A stretch of DNA of 64,000 bases, taken from the NCBI GenBank assembly GCA_002633005.1, contig NMRA01000038.1, forward strand, positions 767,329 through 831,328, given 5' to 3'. Below the pieces are notes generated by a model, which was given only the letters and a program-made list of their open reading frames with translations, was not told the DNA's origin and searched no databases. The DNA is from Phoronis australis. Taxonomy: Eukaryota > Animalia > Phoronida. The position numbers and the translations under genes were made by a program. Each line of letters starts with the position of its first letter. Within the stretch, counting starts at the first letter, position 1. Shown here in pieces: positions 46,550-59,559 of the stretch.

Positions 46550-47700
46550 TAATCACCTGATAATGACTCATGGGGACACGACATCATCGGTTTCCTTACG
46601 GGTAAAATCTTCCAATCTGCCCGTTTGTTCCAGAGAAATAGAAAGACTGTTAAACCTGAATGAACTAGCAATGTTAACCAGACAGGTTATGTATCCATCA
46701 AGTAGAGATTACAGTGTCTTACCTTTGTTCTGCAGCACTTGTAGGCAACTGATAAGCAAGTTTTTGGTATAAAACAGGACGCACTTGCTCGTTCTTTTGC
46801 AAGTTTGTCAGCAAATTTGTTACCATCAATGCAAACATGGGCTTTAACCCAGGTCACAAGGACAGCTCTACCAACTGTGGTTTTAAGCTCGCGTTTAGAC
46901 AGGCCTGCACACAACGGGCGTTGATCTTTAAAAGCTGCTTGGCTGTCTGAGAGTCTCAAGCACACAAAGGAATGGTTCGCTGCTGCTGGCTTCCACTTCC
47001 TCAGCAAACCTTATTGTATGCACTATGGTGCTCAGGTGAATATCTCGACATTGAGCTGTGGCCGTATGAAGTGAATGTGTCTTCAACGTATCATTTCCAC
47101 AGTTTGGGTGGCTCACTAGTTTAGCTAAGAGCTATTTGCTTAAACCACTCTATGTAGATATTGGCTAAGATGGATGATAATGGTGAACCTATTGACATGC
47201 CATGGCTCTGGTCATAGGACTTCTCTTGAAACTAAAAGTAAGTGGCAGTTATATAGAATGAGGCCATTTCGAGGATCGAAATCCGTTTCTCAGTTGGTGT
47301 ATGGTCATTGTCCAATTTCAATCTCAGTAGCAGAAGTACCTCTGTCGTTGGAACAGATGTGAACAGACCTTCAGCACCAAAACTCAGCATTATGTCACTT
47401 GGTTCAATATTGTTAGGATTGTCGCGAACTGGTTTGAGTTCTACACGTACGAGTCAAATTTTGCTGACGAGTGGGGATAATATGGCGTTGAGGAACTTAG
47501 CTAGTTGGTGGCAAGGTGAACCGCTGCTGCAAATGATTGGTCACCGTGTCATTGGCATGTCCGATTTGTGTATCCTAGGTTTTCCATACACGTGTGGGGC
47601 TTTTGTGCTGTTCGGGTTGATTTGGAATATTTCATGCGGTATTGAAGCCTGTTAATTAAGTTTTCACCAGGGTTGTGGTCTTCCTTTCAACAATTTTGTT
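46550..47700 (-). mobile_element. Decayed RNase H-bearing non-LTR retrotransposon fragment (I/R1 group)
   Basis: LSDSQAAF and VTWVKAHVCIDGNKFADKLAK match non-LTR RNase H motifs (SDS.AA; WV.AH.GI.GN..AD..AK); frameshifted SV.. TEV motif upstream. Confidence 0.75.
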
Positions 47701-48099
47701 CTTATCTATCTTTCGTTCCCTGTGCTATCCACTGGAACGTAAAGCTGTCACCAGTCTTGCAGTCGTCTTTCTCCAAAACCACTGTTACATTGCCTTTGTC
47801 AGGTTGCAAGAGGATTTGGTTCGTCTTTTTATAGCGTCAGATCATTCCCGTTCAAGTTAGGTCTCGCAACCTTAAGCTTAGGAAGTGTTTCTCTGCCTGC
47901 AGTTGACACTCGTTGTGTCTCATGATTGGCTCGTGGTAGTTTGGCAGCAGGCGCTTCAGTGCTAGCTACAACATTCATTAATGCAACCTCTTTTGGTCTT
48001 ATGGCATTTAGTTTAGACCATAAGACAAGAGTTTTTATTTAGCACTCTTCAGTACGTCTCTGCTACATTCATTCGACCACTTCTTGCATAGAGTGTTGT

Positions 48100-48480
48100 T
48101 TCTTTCGTTGTGTATGACGTTGTTTGACCTGTCCATTATAATTTTCACATAATCGTTATACAGCTGTTTCCAGTCGCTGAGAGTCTTCAGCCCTTAGACT
48201 GATGTTCGTCTAGTGTTTGATGCTGCTGATCTTACCATTTCTAGTCTGGTGGCCAACGTGTAAGAGGCACGTGTGCATCAACGTCCTCCTCTTTGACTTT
48301 ACAGGGTAATTTTGGCTTTTAGGCTTCTAGAAATGATATTGTTATCTTTACATCGCTTCGGGGAACTAAGCTGCCCTGTTCCTTACAAAACTTGAATTGC
48401 CTCTTCTCTAAGTTTCTGGATGCTGCATTTCCGTCGGGGCCATACCGAGTACGGGTGAAAACTACACTCATATTGTGGAA
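48100..48480 (-). mobile_element. Probable Penelope 3' terminal fragment with hammerhead-like motif
   Basis: Minus strand KLREEAIQV (GIY-YIG C-terminus-like), followed by CTGAAGA...GAAACAGCTGTA at 48190-48159. Confidence 0.5.
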
Positions 48481-48539
48481 AGGACGAAAAAATCCCTACT
48501 AAAAACTGTGCCTAAGTACCACTTGAAGTATTCCATTAG

Positions 48540-49500
48540 CTCAATCTAATCAACACAAAAGCCCTGCATATCAAGACCTACAAAACGCAAACCAGCTAGA
48601 GAGGCATGTGGGACCAAACAACATTAGTAAGCCTTGCCACCAACTAGTTCATTTCCTCAGCGGCATAACATACCAGTCGACAAGACTGGTTCGTACATGA
48701 ACTTATCAAAACACTTCGTGACAATCCTAACATCAATCAACATTTAAATGGAAATTGTACCATTCTGTGTAAATACAATCACAGTTACAATAGAAATTCC
48801 AAGAGCAGATGCATGGCATGGCATTGGCTTCACCACTATCACCAGTCTTAGCTAATCTGTATATGGAGTGGTTTGAGCAAACAACTCTGATCAGCTCAAT
48901 CAGTAGGCGTGCTAAAATGTGGAAATGATACAGAATACAGATGACGCATTCGCTACAGCCACGCCCCAAATAATCTCGATATAGAGTGATTTATTGAAAT
49001 ATTTATATATAGCCATAGGCGCCGCAAAGTATAATATATACAGGACAGTACATTGTCAGGCGCGTTACAAACTGGATAATAAATTGTGACACTTGAAAGC
49101 ATGATGGACGAATTTTAAATGTCGGGTATCCGGACTTCTCATGAGATATTCAAATTTTGATATCGTAAGAGAATGACAAAAACCATCACTTAAGAACTGA
49201 ACCCAAAGGTCTTGGTACGCACTGCAAACTAACACAAGGTGGTAGGCCTATTCGTCCTCTACACATCCCGAATTACATAACTCACAGAACCTATTTTCGG
49301 AGGGAGTATTTGTGTGTTAACTAGTAACTGGACAGCATAGCGCGCCTACGACAAGATTCGCGAAGAAGCCTTGCAACAGCACCGAACCATATCCTAGGTG
49401 TGTTGGTGAACAGACAACATCATGCAGTCTACTGCAAAACTCGCACTGAACGGTACCTCGACTACAACTTCAGTCATACAGAAGCAGTTATAGTGCTAAG
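48540..49500 (+). mobile_element. Decayed Penelope-like RT fragments
   Basis: FQEQMHGMALASPLSPVLANLYMEWFEQ (~48795-48880), a YTDD-like remnant, and LGVLVNR...VYCKTRTERYLDYNFSH (~49390-49480). Confidence 0.8.
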
Positions 49501-49514
49501 AAACACCAGTATTA

Positions 49515-49756
49515 CATGGGCGCACCCGGGGGGGGGGCTCGAATTGGGCAAAAAGGTCCGCCTCAGCGAAACAAGAAGTCCGAGTAAACGAAACAAATTC
49601 ACGAAGTCCACAGGAATTCTGCGCGGATGCACAATTCCTAGGCCTGAACCTAGTGGCCCTCATGTGTTTTTTTAGTCTTCGTTGATTTTTGTTAGTAAAA
49701 GGTCGGCAAATCGAAAAATTCGAGCCCCCCTATATTTTAGGCTGGGTGCATGCATG
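49515..49756 (+). mobile_element. GC-ended MITE
   Basis: catgggcgcaccc ... gggtgcatgcatg termini flanked by tatta on both sides. Confidence 0.75.
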
Positions 49757-50764
49757 TATTACCTGACAAGTGACTACACTGCCAGCATCTGTTCATTAAA
49801 CATTCCTTTAGCATTGCATATCCCAATCGTGAATTCAAAAACAAGACTTCAATTGCAATTTTGACGTATGAACGTACCCAACGCCAGTGTACGTGTTATG
49901 TTCACTAAGACGAGAGTTTCGTAAATAAACTTTTGCCATATCCGTGCCTCGTCGATGTCCCGCGGAAAAAGTGACGAGCCACAGCGCGGCCAAATACTAT
50001 GTTGTCACAACCACCGCAAACGCAACGCCTCGACTTTACTTAATATACCATATACCACGGGAATACGAGCAACGCTAGCTGAGGACATTTCATGCTAAGT
50101 ACAATGGAGGTTGACTGATTGGTTGTTCCGATTTTGCGGAATGATTTTATGGCAACGAAAGCCGACGCAAAAGATTGCACCACAACTTTAGCAGCAGAAT
50201 AACATAGAACGCCAGTCCTCCATGAGTGGTCTGAACATTGCAGCGTTCTGTGGTTCAGTAACTTTCCCAGACGTGAGGGGGGCTGAACGTGCGATAATAT
50301 CTGGCTTAACTTAACTTTCATTTTTATCAGCCCACCCCAGTCAGGCTAGATACGATCTGATCGGAGATTAGAGCAATTATCAAACAAAAGAACCAGAATG
50401 GAGTTAATTGGCTACGGGGGGNGTAAATTTCCCAACTTGTTGTTGGGGTACACAATCGAACAAGTTGGGAGCAACGGGATGTCGCCGTCACGATTCTCAC
50501 TCACAGCAACCGTTCAAAATAGGAAAATATATTTTTCATCGAACAATATTTTACAGAAAGTGTGGGAGTGGTGTTTCGGCCCCGGGTTTCTTGTCCGTGG
50601 ATCCCAGTTCTGTTTTAAAGGTCGGGCTTCGTGTGTTTTCGGGCTGGTTAGCTGTTTTGAAGTTGCAGGCGTCCGTTTTCGACTTCGTGATATCTGTATT
50701 AATCGGGCTTCCTGTATCGATGGAGCACCCTGTGTAGATGAACTCCCTTATTGCATTCTATGCT

Positions 50765-51640
50765 CAATATAGCGGCCATCTTTCTTCACGACAAAACGGA
50801 GCCGTTTAATTCTTTCAACCAGAAATGCATTTCCATCTTTCTTCCATCGATATTTACTCCCGTGACATAATTATCCTGTCTTTTAACTCGTGCTCAGTCA
50901 ATTTGTCTCTCATTCCCAAGTAAACTTTCTGCTTCAGAGAGTCCCATTTGGCACAGTCCATTGGATTGCAGTTAAAACTTTGCGGAGGCCACGCATCCTT
51001 TTTGATGAATTTTGGTGTGGCCTCCTCGAAATGAGCTTGGGTTAAGTTTGCTCGTGTGTGAAAGAGCCCCATCTTGCTGAAACATCGTCTGCAATCCGGA
51101 CGAAGATTTTCATCCAATGAACTACATGTAGCGTTGACTTTGGCCCTATCAGCGTTAGCGGAAACCATTACTTTTCTGGAAAATCTGGAAGTCTCATATA
51201 TGATAGAGTCGAGAAGGCTGAGTTTCACGTTTTGTTTCTTCCGCCTAACCCTTTCTCCTTGAAACAGGTTTCAATTGTAAATTTATGACTTTCACTCAAA
51301 GACATCCTTACAAACAGAAATATAGGACAGAACTGATTTGGATACAGATGTAACAATTAAAAACACTAGACTTGAGACCCAGGCAGGCAATCTTTTTGAC
51401 TGACAGATGCCAGCACAGCATGAACTCGGCGAAAGTTATAGTAAGAGATTGAATTTTTCACCCTGCTGTATTGAATTTCACAGTACTTCCATAAGTTTCA
51501 TATTTCTCTTACATACTTTATAGACTTGTTGACGACAGCCTGAAGATACATTGGGAAAACTTTGAACGTATTCGGTTGGTCATTTGCCGAAAATTTACTT
51601 GTCAAAAAGTAGCTCAGTTTTTTTGGGGGACACATGATAT
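50765..51640 (-). mobile_element. Decayed, internally deleted Tc1/mariner-family transposon
   Basis: FIKKDAWPPQSFNCNPMDCAKWDSLKQKVY (WPPxSPDLNPxD motif) and C-terminal VKKDGRYIE; TIR-like tatatcatgtgtcccccaaaaaaactgagc at the 5' end. Confidence 0.8.
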
Positions 51641-51785
51641 ACATGTTGTGACAACTTCAAATCAAGTTTCTTTTCTCGATTTTCCCCTTCTCCTGGTGGC
51701 CTAAACTATGCTGTTTCCCTCGGTTTCATCTGGACGCTTGTAAATTATTAGAGTTCGGTGTCTCGCGGCTAGAAAAAAATCAATC

Positions 51786-54160
51786 ACACGTGTTCTTATT
51801 TAAAATACAGGGCAATTTCTCACGTAGTCTCGCGAAGTATTGCTTTTTATCGAGTTCCTAGCGTTACTGAACTCTGCCTGGCTCAGTAGAGTTCTATCCA
51901 ATGAGTTACATATATTAAGTTATCGGATTGGTTCTATCCACAGAACTTTAGCCCTGGAATGCCAACTCCGATCTTGTGGCCGTTTGGGTCGCGCCGCGTA
52001 ACGTCCGCCGTTCTTCACCCAAATTTCCTAAGAGCCATATCATCAGAACGCCCTTTGTCAGTTGATGATTATACCAGTAGCAAAAGACAAACAATTTAAT
52101 TCATATGTAATGGAGCCGTCTCTGATTACACAGCGACACTTGAATCACACCCACAGAGCCGTAAACATACGTCAGGCAAATTTGCTGCCTCGTTTTCGTG
52201 CCACTGGCGTTTCACATGTTATTTGTTGTTTTCTGATTCTTTACAAGCTTTTTCTAGATAGCATTACTCTATTCGTTAATACCAACGAGGTAGTACTGCT
52301 GTGCAACTCCGACGTGAGAAAGTTTGAAAAACTGAACAAAACCCCTTGGCCTTGCGTAATCTGAAATTCTTCGCCTCCTCCGACATCAATGGGAGACACA
52401 CGAAAATGCGCCCGATTTCAGTCCAAAATGAGGTTACGCGCTTTCTTACCTCCGGGACAAAAGAGAGTTCTAACGTCGGATAACCGGGACAGCATGCCTG
52501 ACTGGCTAAAAATATTTTTAATTCGAAAAACCAAGAGTATTGCTAAAATGCGAAAAATAACAGCGTGCAATATAAACATAAAAACGAAATGAACCAGAGA
52601 GGTTATATAAATGACTAGTTAAGCAATTAGAGAAATAATTCCAATGTCAAAAGTTTTAGAATAGGGTCCCTCACACTCTCTGTGGATAATTTAGTCATAC
52701 ATTCGTCATCCAAAATTATACTTTTTATGTATTACAATTAATTGGACTTTGGCGCCGTTTGATGCAATTACATTCTTCACTAAAAATCAGAAAGCAGTGA
52801 CATTTACGAAAAATGCGATAAACTACTTTAAGTATCGAGTGTACGAAATTTACAGATAGAGGTTTTAAGTCTTATATATAAAAACGGGTAAACATCAATC
52901 ACAATGCTTTAAAATGTACTGTGGATATCTCGTCGCATTGGTTGCAGTGTAGGACTTACCATAAAAGTTTAGAAATAAACTCTTTTTTCAGAAATTAAAA
53001 GTTAGTTACCCTCATAGCGATACATGTAGTGTATACGTTACCTTAAACAAGAGACATTGGAACACATTTTTACGATTGTTATAATTATTCACTTAAAAAA
53101 GTGGACTCTGGGAAATAACGATATCATAAAAAGAGACAGTGTTATACACCTGTTACATATAGTTGTCACGGTCAAAATGGAGCAACTGGATTGAAAAGCG
53201 GGTCTAACCCAAAACGCAAGAATGAAATGTTCGCTGCAACACACGACGTCGATAGCGACAGCGTTTGTTGTCAAACGGCAGATGTAACACCCAAACACGA
53301 CCGACAAAGTTTTTGTTGTTGTTTTCTTGTAATTGAAAGGAAAATTGCGTGTGACGCAGAAATCCTAGAAACATCACTCTCTCTTCTTTTTCGTTAGTTA
53401 GTAGAGCGGGAATATATGGCTATGTAGGAAATTACAATAGTATATGATAGCAAGTCAATTTGTCCGTTGTCAAAAAGCGGAACATCATTTCTCGTGGCGG
53501 CGCACACACTTAGCTAGGGAATTAAATTTTTTTCGAAAGTTACGTAAACACATCTGTTTTTAGGACCTAGAGGACTTTTCATTCACACCAAATGTACTGA
53601 CTTCTTTCCGTAAAATACTGTAACTTGATTTTAACACCCCAATGCCGTAGTCTTCTCCTTCCATGCCATGGAAGGAGAAGACTACGGCATTGGGGTGTTA
53701 AAATGATGTATGATAGGTTGTCGAAGGTGGATCTAACACTGGAGCTAGAAAGATATCAGAGGCCAAACTACTCCCGGCATCCACCCAGGGTTACAATACA
53801 GGTCGGTGCTTATAACTGAAGAATGACCAGTGTAATAGCCAGATTTGTTGACCTTGCCGAGAAAGCGCTGATCCGGAACCGTAGCGGCAGTCTTCCTCAT
53901 CAAGAGTCTCGTTTGATGAACAGCAAAAAACAAAATGAAAGTGAAGCAATGAAATTAGGTTTGGTTTGATAAAGTTCTACAAATCTCTACCATAACTCAG
54001 TAGAGCAGGCAGCAGGAAATTCTCAGTGCAAATTCTGGGGGATAGTCTCGGAGTTGCAAGTAGAATGTAGATCTCGTCAGGTCTCGTGCGGGAGTTGACA
54101 TCGAAGACCGTCTTTGGTACTTATCTCCCATAGTAGAAGTTTCTGTCGCGAGAGGGCGCG
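51786..54160 (+). repeat. Repeat family A, second forward copy
   Basis: Colinear with 4020-7510 minus that copy's insertions. Confidence 0.7.
53628..53704. repeat. Perfect palindrome, 38-bp arms, 1-nt spacer
   Basis: attttaacaccccaatgccgtagtcttctccttccatg-c-catggaaggagaagactacggcattggggtgttaaaat. Confidence 0.97.
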
Positions 54161-54417
54161 TCATATTTAAAATGGCTGGTCTTGGTGCAGGATCTACTGT
54201 AGTTAGTGAATAGTGTAGTTACAAAAGTTGGAAAATGAAGTAAACTACATGGTCATTTTTGCGAATTGAATTGGATTGTGCTACTTTATGGTAAGTATCG
54301 ACATCACTTTACGAACATCTCCTCATTTATTAAGCTCGATAAAATCATAGATCATATTACGGGCGTCCTCGGGCTTACCTTCTCTGCCTCTGCCAGGTCT
54401 GATCCACAGCCACAGCA

Positions 54418-54972
54418 ACAGGCGTCCTCAGCTTCTGATCGTCCCCAATACACTACATATAATACTACAAGCAATGACATTCCCGACCATAATTTCCACG
54501 TGTGCTTCACTTCAGCCGTCCATATCAAACGCAAAACTCAATAAATTTACACAACTAACAAGGTTTCAACAAACCATTAGCAATTGTTCTTTCTTCTAAT
54601 TACCGTTCACGGTGTCCTGCTCCAGCGATATCGCAACAAATTCGCAGTCAAAGTACAAAAATGTTCCCAAAAAGCCCAGCATCTAGCCTCATTGGATGGT
54701 TCAAGGTATGATGGTACGGCAATTTGCCAGTTCCTCACGGAAGATTACGAAATGGTCTGGCTAAGTGTGGAGTTATCGATGTTGTGACAGTCCGTGACAA
54801 ATCGGCAATTGCCATACCGTCCTTGAAACCTTGTTTTGTGTAAATTTATTGAGTTTTGTGTTTGATATGGACGGCTGAAATGAAGCACCCGTGGAATTTC
54901 TGGTTGGGAGTGTCATACCTTGTAGTATTATATACAGTGTACTGGGGATGATCAGAAGCTGAGGATGCCTGT
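54418..54972. mobile_element. Foldback/MITE-like element with ~150-bp imperfect inverted repeats
   Basis: 54418-54569 is the reverse complement of 54823-54972 with scattered mismatches. Confidence 0.8.
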
Positions 54973-57900
54973 GGTCCGATCGTCCGTCCCCACAAGACTC
55001 AGTCCACTGACTTATGTTTAATTCAAATCACGTTGAAAGCGGGTCACTCCACTTGACTTTTTTTAATAACTGTATAAGGTATTGCAGATTAATCAATCTC
55101 ATCTTACCTAATCATAAACTGGAGAGAAAAAATTACTGAAATTGGAGTTGAATTGAGGAAATACGTCATTCATCAACTGAGAACCATCAAATGGATCACT
55201 GAACACACTCAGTCCTGGCACTTTCGAAAGCCGATTGACGTTATACTAGAATCAGACCTCAGATCTTCTCTTTTCAAAATGGCAACTCTGGTGTCTTTAG
55301 ACAGATCTTTATGATCCTTGGTATGTGGATAGACCTTATCAAACCCTAGACCTACTCGGAAAAAGTTGTCAGTTTTTAGCTGCGATTAACCATTTTTGAG
55401 TTTATTGAGATTTTCTGTCTACCGAGTACTGTACCATTCTTTTGTTGCCTGATCATTCTTTCCTTGACCAAATTTACAAGGTTTTGTGTCTTTATTGATG
55501 ATGATGATAATGATAGTGATGACTTTCTTGCAGTCGTGATGGTAATAGAGATGTCATTTCCAGTCCTTGGTTCATTCAGTGTCCTGGGCGTCTTGTGGCA
55601 TTATCAACGTCAGTTGCTGCTTTTGGCATTTGGCATCGGTTACCAATCACTGACATCAATATTTGCGGCTTAAATTTTGTTGTTATCATCAACATCATTC
55701 GTCCTTGATCTTTATGTGGTGTCTTGTGATTTGCCAGTTTTTCGGTTCCCCAGATGTTTGTTTTATTTATGCTGCTGGCAGGAGGCTGCTGGCAGTCTTT
55801 CAGTATGCAGTCAGGCCGCCAGGGACGAGCAGCTGGATTGGGTTTTATTTGTGCTTGAGTAGCTGTGTTTTAACTGGTGAGTACTTCTAGAGGCCTTGGT
55901 AGTGAACCTGTAGGAATACAACAATTTTTTGATGTATCAGCATCATCGTCATCATCTGTGTTGAAAGTGGCTTCGTTGACTTTGTTGATGTTGGTAGTGA
56001 CGGTGTTCATGGCGATTTTGTAGAGGTCATCATCTGTATTGTTGCTGGTGTTAAAGTGACTGTTGTCTATTTTTTTAACTATTTCTTGCAAGAAATATAA
56101 TGTACAATAAGTGGAGTTTTGCCCGGAAAGTGCAAGAAAGCATTATGTCTGGGCTGCCGTTTGTGGTGCCATTGCCGTCAGTTTCGCCAGCCAAATGCCG
56201 CCCCATCGTAGAGGTTTCATTTACCATTTCACAGTCTGTTCAGGACACATTGTTAAATATGAGCCTGTAGGTATGTCTAAGGTTCTTAGCGACCAACTTA
56301 AGGTTAGTTGAACTTTTCATGCTTCCTTCGGTAGTCAAAGGACATCGAAGTGATCGATTCTTGGTGTTTGGGTGTTTGAAGTTTGAAGTTATCGCTAACT
56401 GGAGCTGAGTAAACGTTATGCATGGGTGATCATGTGAATATGACATTTTTATGTGTGGATGATGAATGAAATAAAGAGCCATCTTATGATGGTTGAAAAT
56501 TGGTGTGTAGTTGAATAAGATGTTATGATCTAATACTGTAGTAACACAATGTTATTGAAAGTGACAACTGCTGATAAGTCCAGTGATACGAATCTCACAA
56601 AAATTATTGCCAAAGTTGCCTTTTTTAACATTTCTGTAGCTTGTAATATCATTGTAATGGCCATAGTTTCTCAAATAATTGTCCGATGTTAAGATATGGT
56701 GTACAAGTTAAGACTGGTAAAACCTATATTTTGTGCTATTTATTTTTATGAAAAAGAAAACTTCAAGTTATCTGCCATGTTGTGTCCTGAATTGGTGAGA
56801 TATTATTAACAGTACATAAACTTTTCACACTGCATTGAAGCTGTCCCTTGGCTGTTGAATCCAACTGTATATTCTACAAAGTTATCCAAACATCTGTGCA
56901 TCAATGTTGGCGTGGAACATGTTTTACTCAGGCAAACTCATTAGCATGAAGAGAACTTCCATAAAAACAACAGGAGAGTTTCTGTATTGATCAGTCATTG
57001 ATTTGCTGCTGTATTGAACAGAGCTTGATGATAGCCAGCCATCCAAATTTGGCCACCTTGCCCATTTATGGGTTTGTATTGTGTAACCTGGGTGAACAGT
57101 AGTCACTAATCAGCAGATGAGTCATGTTTACATTTTCACCTGTGATAATCCTTTTAGGGTCATGCATGTCAGCTGCTGTAAATATCCATTTAAAGTCATA
57201 GTGATAATATCTTATGATGTCCAGCTACCAGATATAGCCTGCTTAAAAATATTTTGTTTTCATTTAGGGTTCTCGTCCGTGACACCACCACCCGTGTGGT
57301 CAACTCAGCAGGTGTTCTTTAGATGCTGCAGAGGTGTAGAGCTTCATATTTCTTAAAAATGATTTCAGTGTGAAAGAGTGGTGTTCATTCGCCACAAAGC
57401 TTTCTGGAATTACCATTTTCAGGTTTGCTATCCTTTGATTGTTAGTTTAAAGTCTGCCCCTCTCAATGGCTTATCTAATCTTTAAAGAGGTGAAGTCCTA
57501 CAGCTGTGGGTTTCAATACAGTGTTCATTTGTTAATCTTAGCGTTGATTTGTGTATCAAAGGTGTTTTGGGAGAAGATATGTTTTCTTGCTGAAGGACCT
57601 AAATTCCCCGTGGCCTTAAAAATAGCCATGCCCTTAGAGGGACCTCACTCTGGCCCACAATTGGCCAATGATTCAAACTGAATTGTATTACCTGGATACA
57701 CTGGTGAAGCTGTTTCAACAAGTGTATTGCACATGACACTACTTTGAAAACAGAAATTATACTGCAAACTAATGTCAATGTTTTTGAGATCATTGTTCTC
57801 CACTACAGAACATTCAAACTGTACTTCGAATTACAAAATTCATGTATTCTAGGGTCCTTGTCCTTACTATTGGGAGTATGCGTGCTTTAAGTCTTAAAAT

Positions 57901-59236
57901 TTATATATTGAACTGGTTACAAAAATCCAAAATGTCCTGATTTGCTTAAGAAGTGACCGATCTCTTAATACTTCAAATTCGTTGCATAGGTTTTCAAACT
58001 TGTCACAAATAAGCCAAACTCATCAAGGCAAAATTCATTCTTTACATAATGACGGGACAAAACAGGAGGTAGTCTTGACATGACAACATATCTTGCATAG
58101 TGAATATCAAGTGTCGAGACAACTGCATGATTTTTAGACCTATTACTCAACAAAAAACGAATATCGGGTTGATACTAGAATTGATGCATTGTTTTCTTTT
58201 TATTTGTTTGTATGACACGAGATGCCTAAACCTGCTCAGGATATGTTCATATTCATTTATTTCATGGTTTATGCTCAAGTTCTGTTGTCAGTTAAAGAAT
58301 TTGCACACCAATGGTCATTGGCTTATGTAGTTTTCCCATTAGAGAAACTGATGCTTCGAAACTCTGCTTTAACTCTGCGTACCTTTCCCTCTGACTCCTG
58401 CTAAATAGTAACATCAGAGTTAGCGCTAATTCTAAGGATTAATCATCTGAAGATTTAGTTGGTTGGCATTAAACATGTGTGGTGAATGAAGAGACCTTAC
58501 TCCCAGCAGAGTGGATTTAATCTTTGCCATTTTAAGGTTGTTACTGTTTTGTAGGAGCCCAGAAAAATGTCCAAGTTTTTCTGACTTCACAACACATAGC
58601 TAAGAAATGGCTGACCGGATTCATATGGAATTTTCGTACAGCATGCTTTCCCAATATTATGTTGGGAATTGTTTGTAAATTGCGACACTTTTTTACAAGG
58701 CACTACCAAGAATAGGACTTCTATAATTTTCATACAAAGAAAAGTTGCAATGAACGAAAATGATAATTTAGATGACAACATTTATATGTCAAATAATATT
58801 TGGTCTGCTTTTGCTACCAGTGTTTTGCTATCGATGTAACTTCTTTTTTTATGTTCTTTCAAAAAGACACGGTCAAATGACAAATTAATGATAGGTTGTT
58901 AAGAAGTCAAAAATTGGTTTCTACAGGCATTTTACTTAAAATTACTCACTTAAAATATGTAGTTTTGAAGATATTTGACTCAGCTGCATCATTGATTGAA
59001 AAGGAACGTAGGAGAGGGGGAACTTCTGTGAAATGTATGGTCTGTTAGCTCTCACCAGTGTTGTGGGGTCAAGTACTCTTGTGTTATGATGGGTTTTTTT
59101 AAGTGCCTTGTTCATTTTGATAGCTGTTGAAATCCTAGTCCTCATCTGTTGTTTCATGAATCATTGAATACTGGTAGAATGTGTGAGTGACACCTCTTGA
59201 TGTTCTGTCCTCACATTTCCTGACAGATCTGCCTTC

Positions 59237-59287
59237 CGTGTGAAAGCTACATTCCAATCACGTGTGAAAGCTACATTCCAATCACGT
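59237..59287. repeat. 24-bp perfect tandem duplication
   Basis: cgtgtgaaagctacattccaatca twice, then cgt. Confidence 0.95.
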
Positions 59288-59440
59288 AACTTGGGGTTAG
59301 CCTGTTTGCACCACATGCCGATCACATGTACTGGCCAAAATTCTAACATGTGCTAGGTATAGTATGATTAATCATTCTCAGAACCAGTCCGCTTGGTTGG
59401 ACTTTCGAAGGTTACGGCTTTTTTCTCCTGCAAAAGAGGA

Positions 59441-59534
59441 GAGTTGAATTTGATCAAAAACCGGACGATCGCCGCACAAATAAAATCGTCCGGTTTTTGA
59501 TCTTATTGTAGCCAAAAACTGAGTTGAATTTGAT
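59441..59534. repeat. 18-bp perfect inverted repeat flanked by 14-bp direct repeats
   Basis: GAGTTGAATTTGAT at 59441-59454 and 59521-59534; gatcaaaaaccggacgat (59452-59469) pairs with atcgtccggtttttgatc (59485-59502). Confidence 0.93.
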
Positions 59535-59559
59535 ATGTGAACCCCTATTCATACTCACT

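Larger units (their letters stand above)
39260..57892. repeat. Segmental duplication, copy 2 (stretched by ~3 kb and ~10 kb of inserted DNA)
   Basis: See the block list for copy 1; the last two homologous blocks are at 47925-48043 and 57789-57892. Confidence 0.8.

Noticed and set aside
50422-50422. Single ambiguous base N and the ORFs spanning it
   Set aside because: Assembly ambiguity after a G run; the overlapping 124/109-aa ORFs lie in transposon-derived non-coding sequence.
55400-56100. Asp/Thr-rich short ORFs on the minus strand
   Set aside because: Low complexity, fragmented by stops, with no recognisable domain or consistent splice structure.
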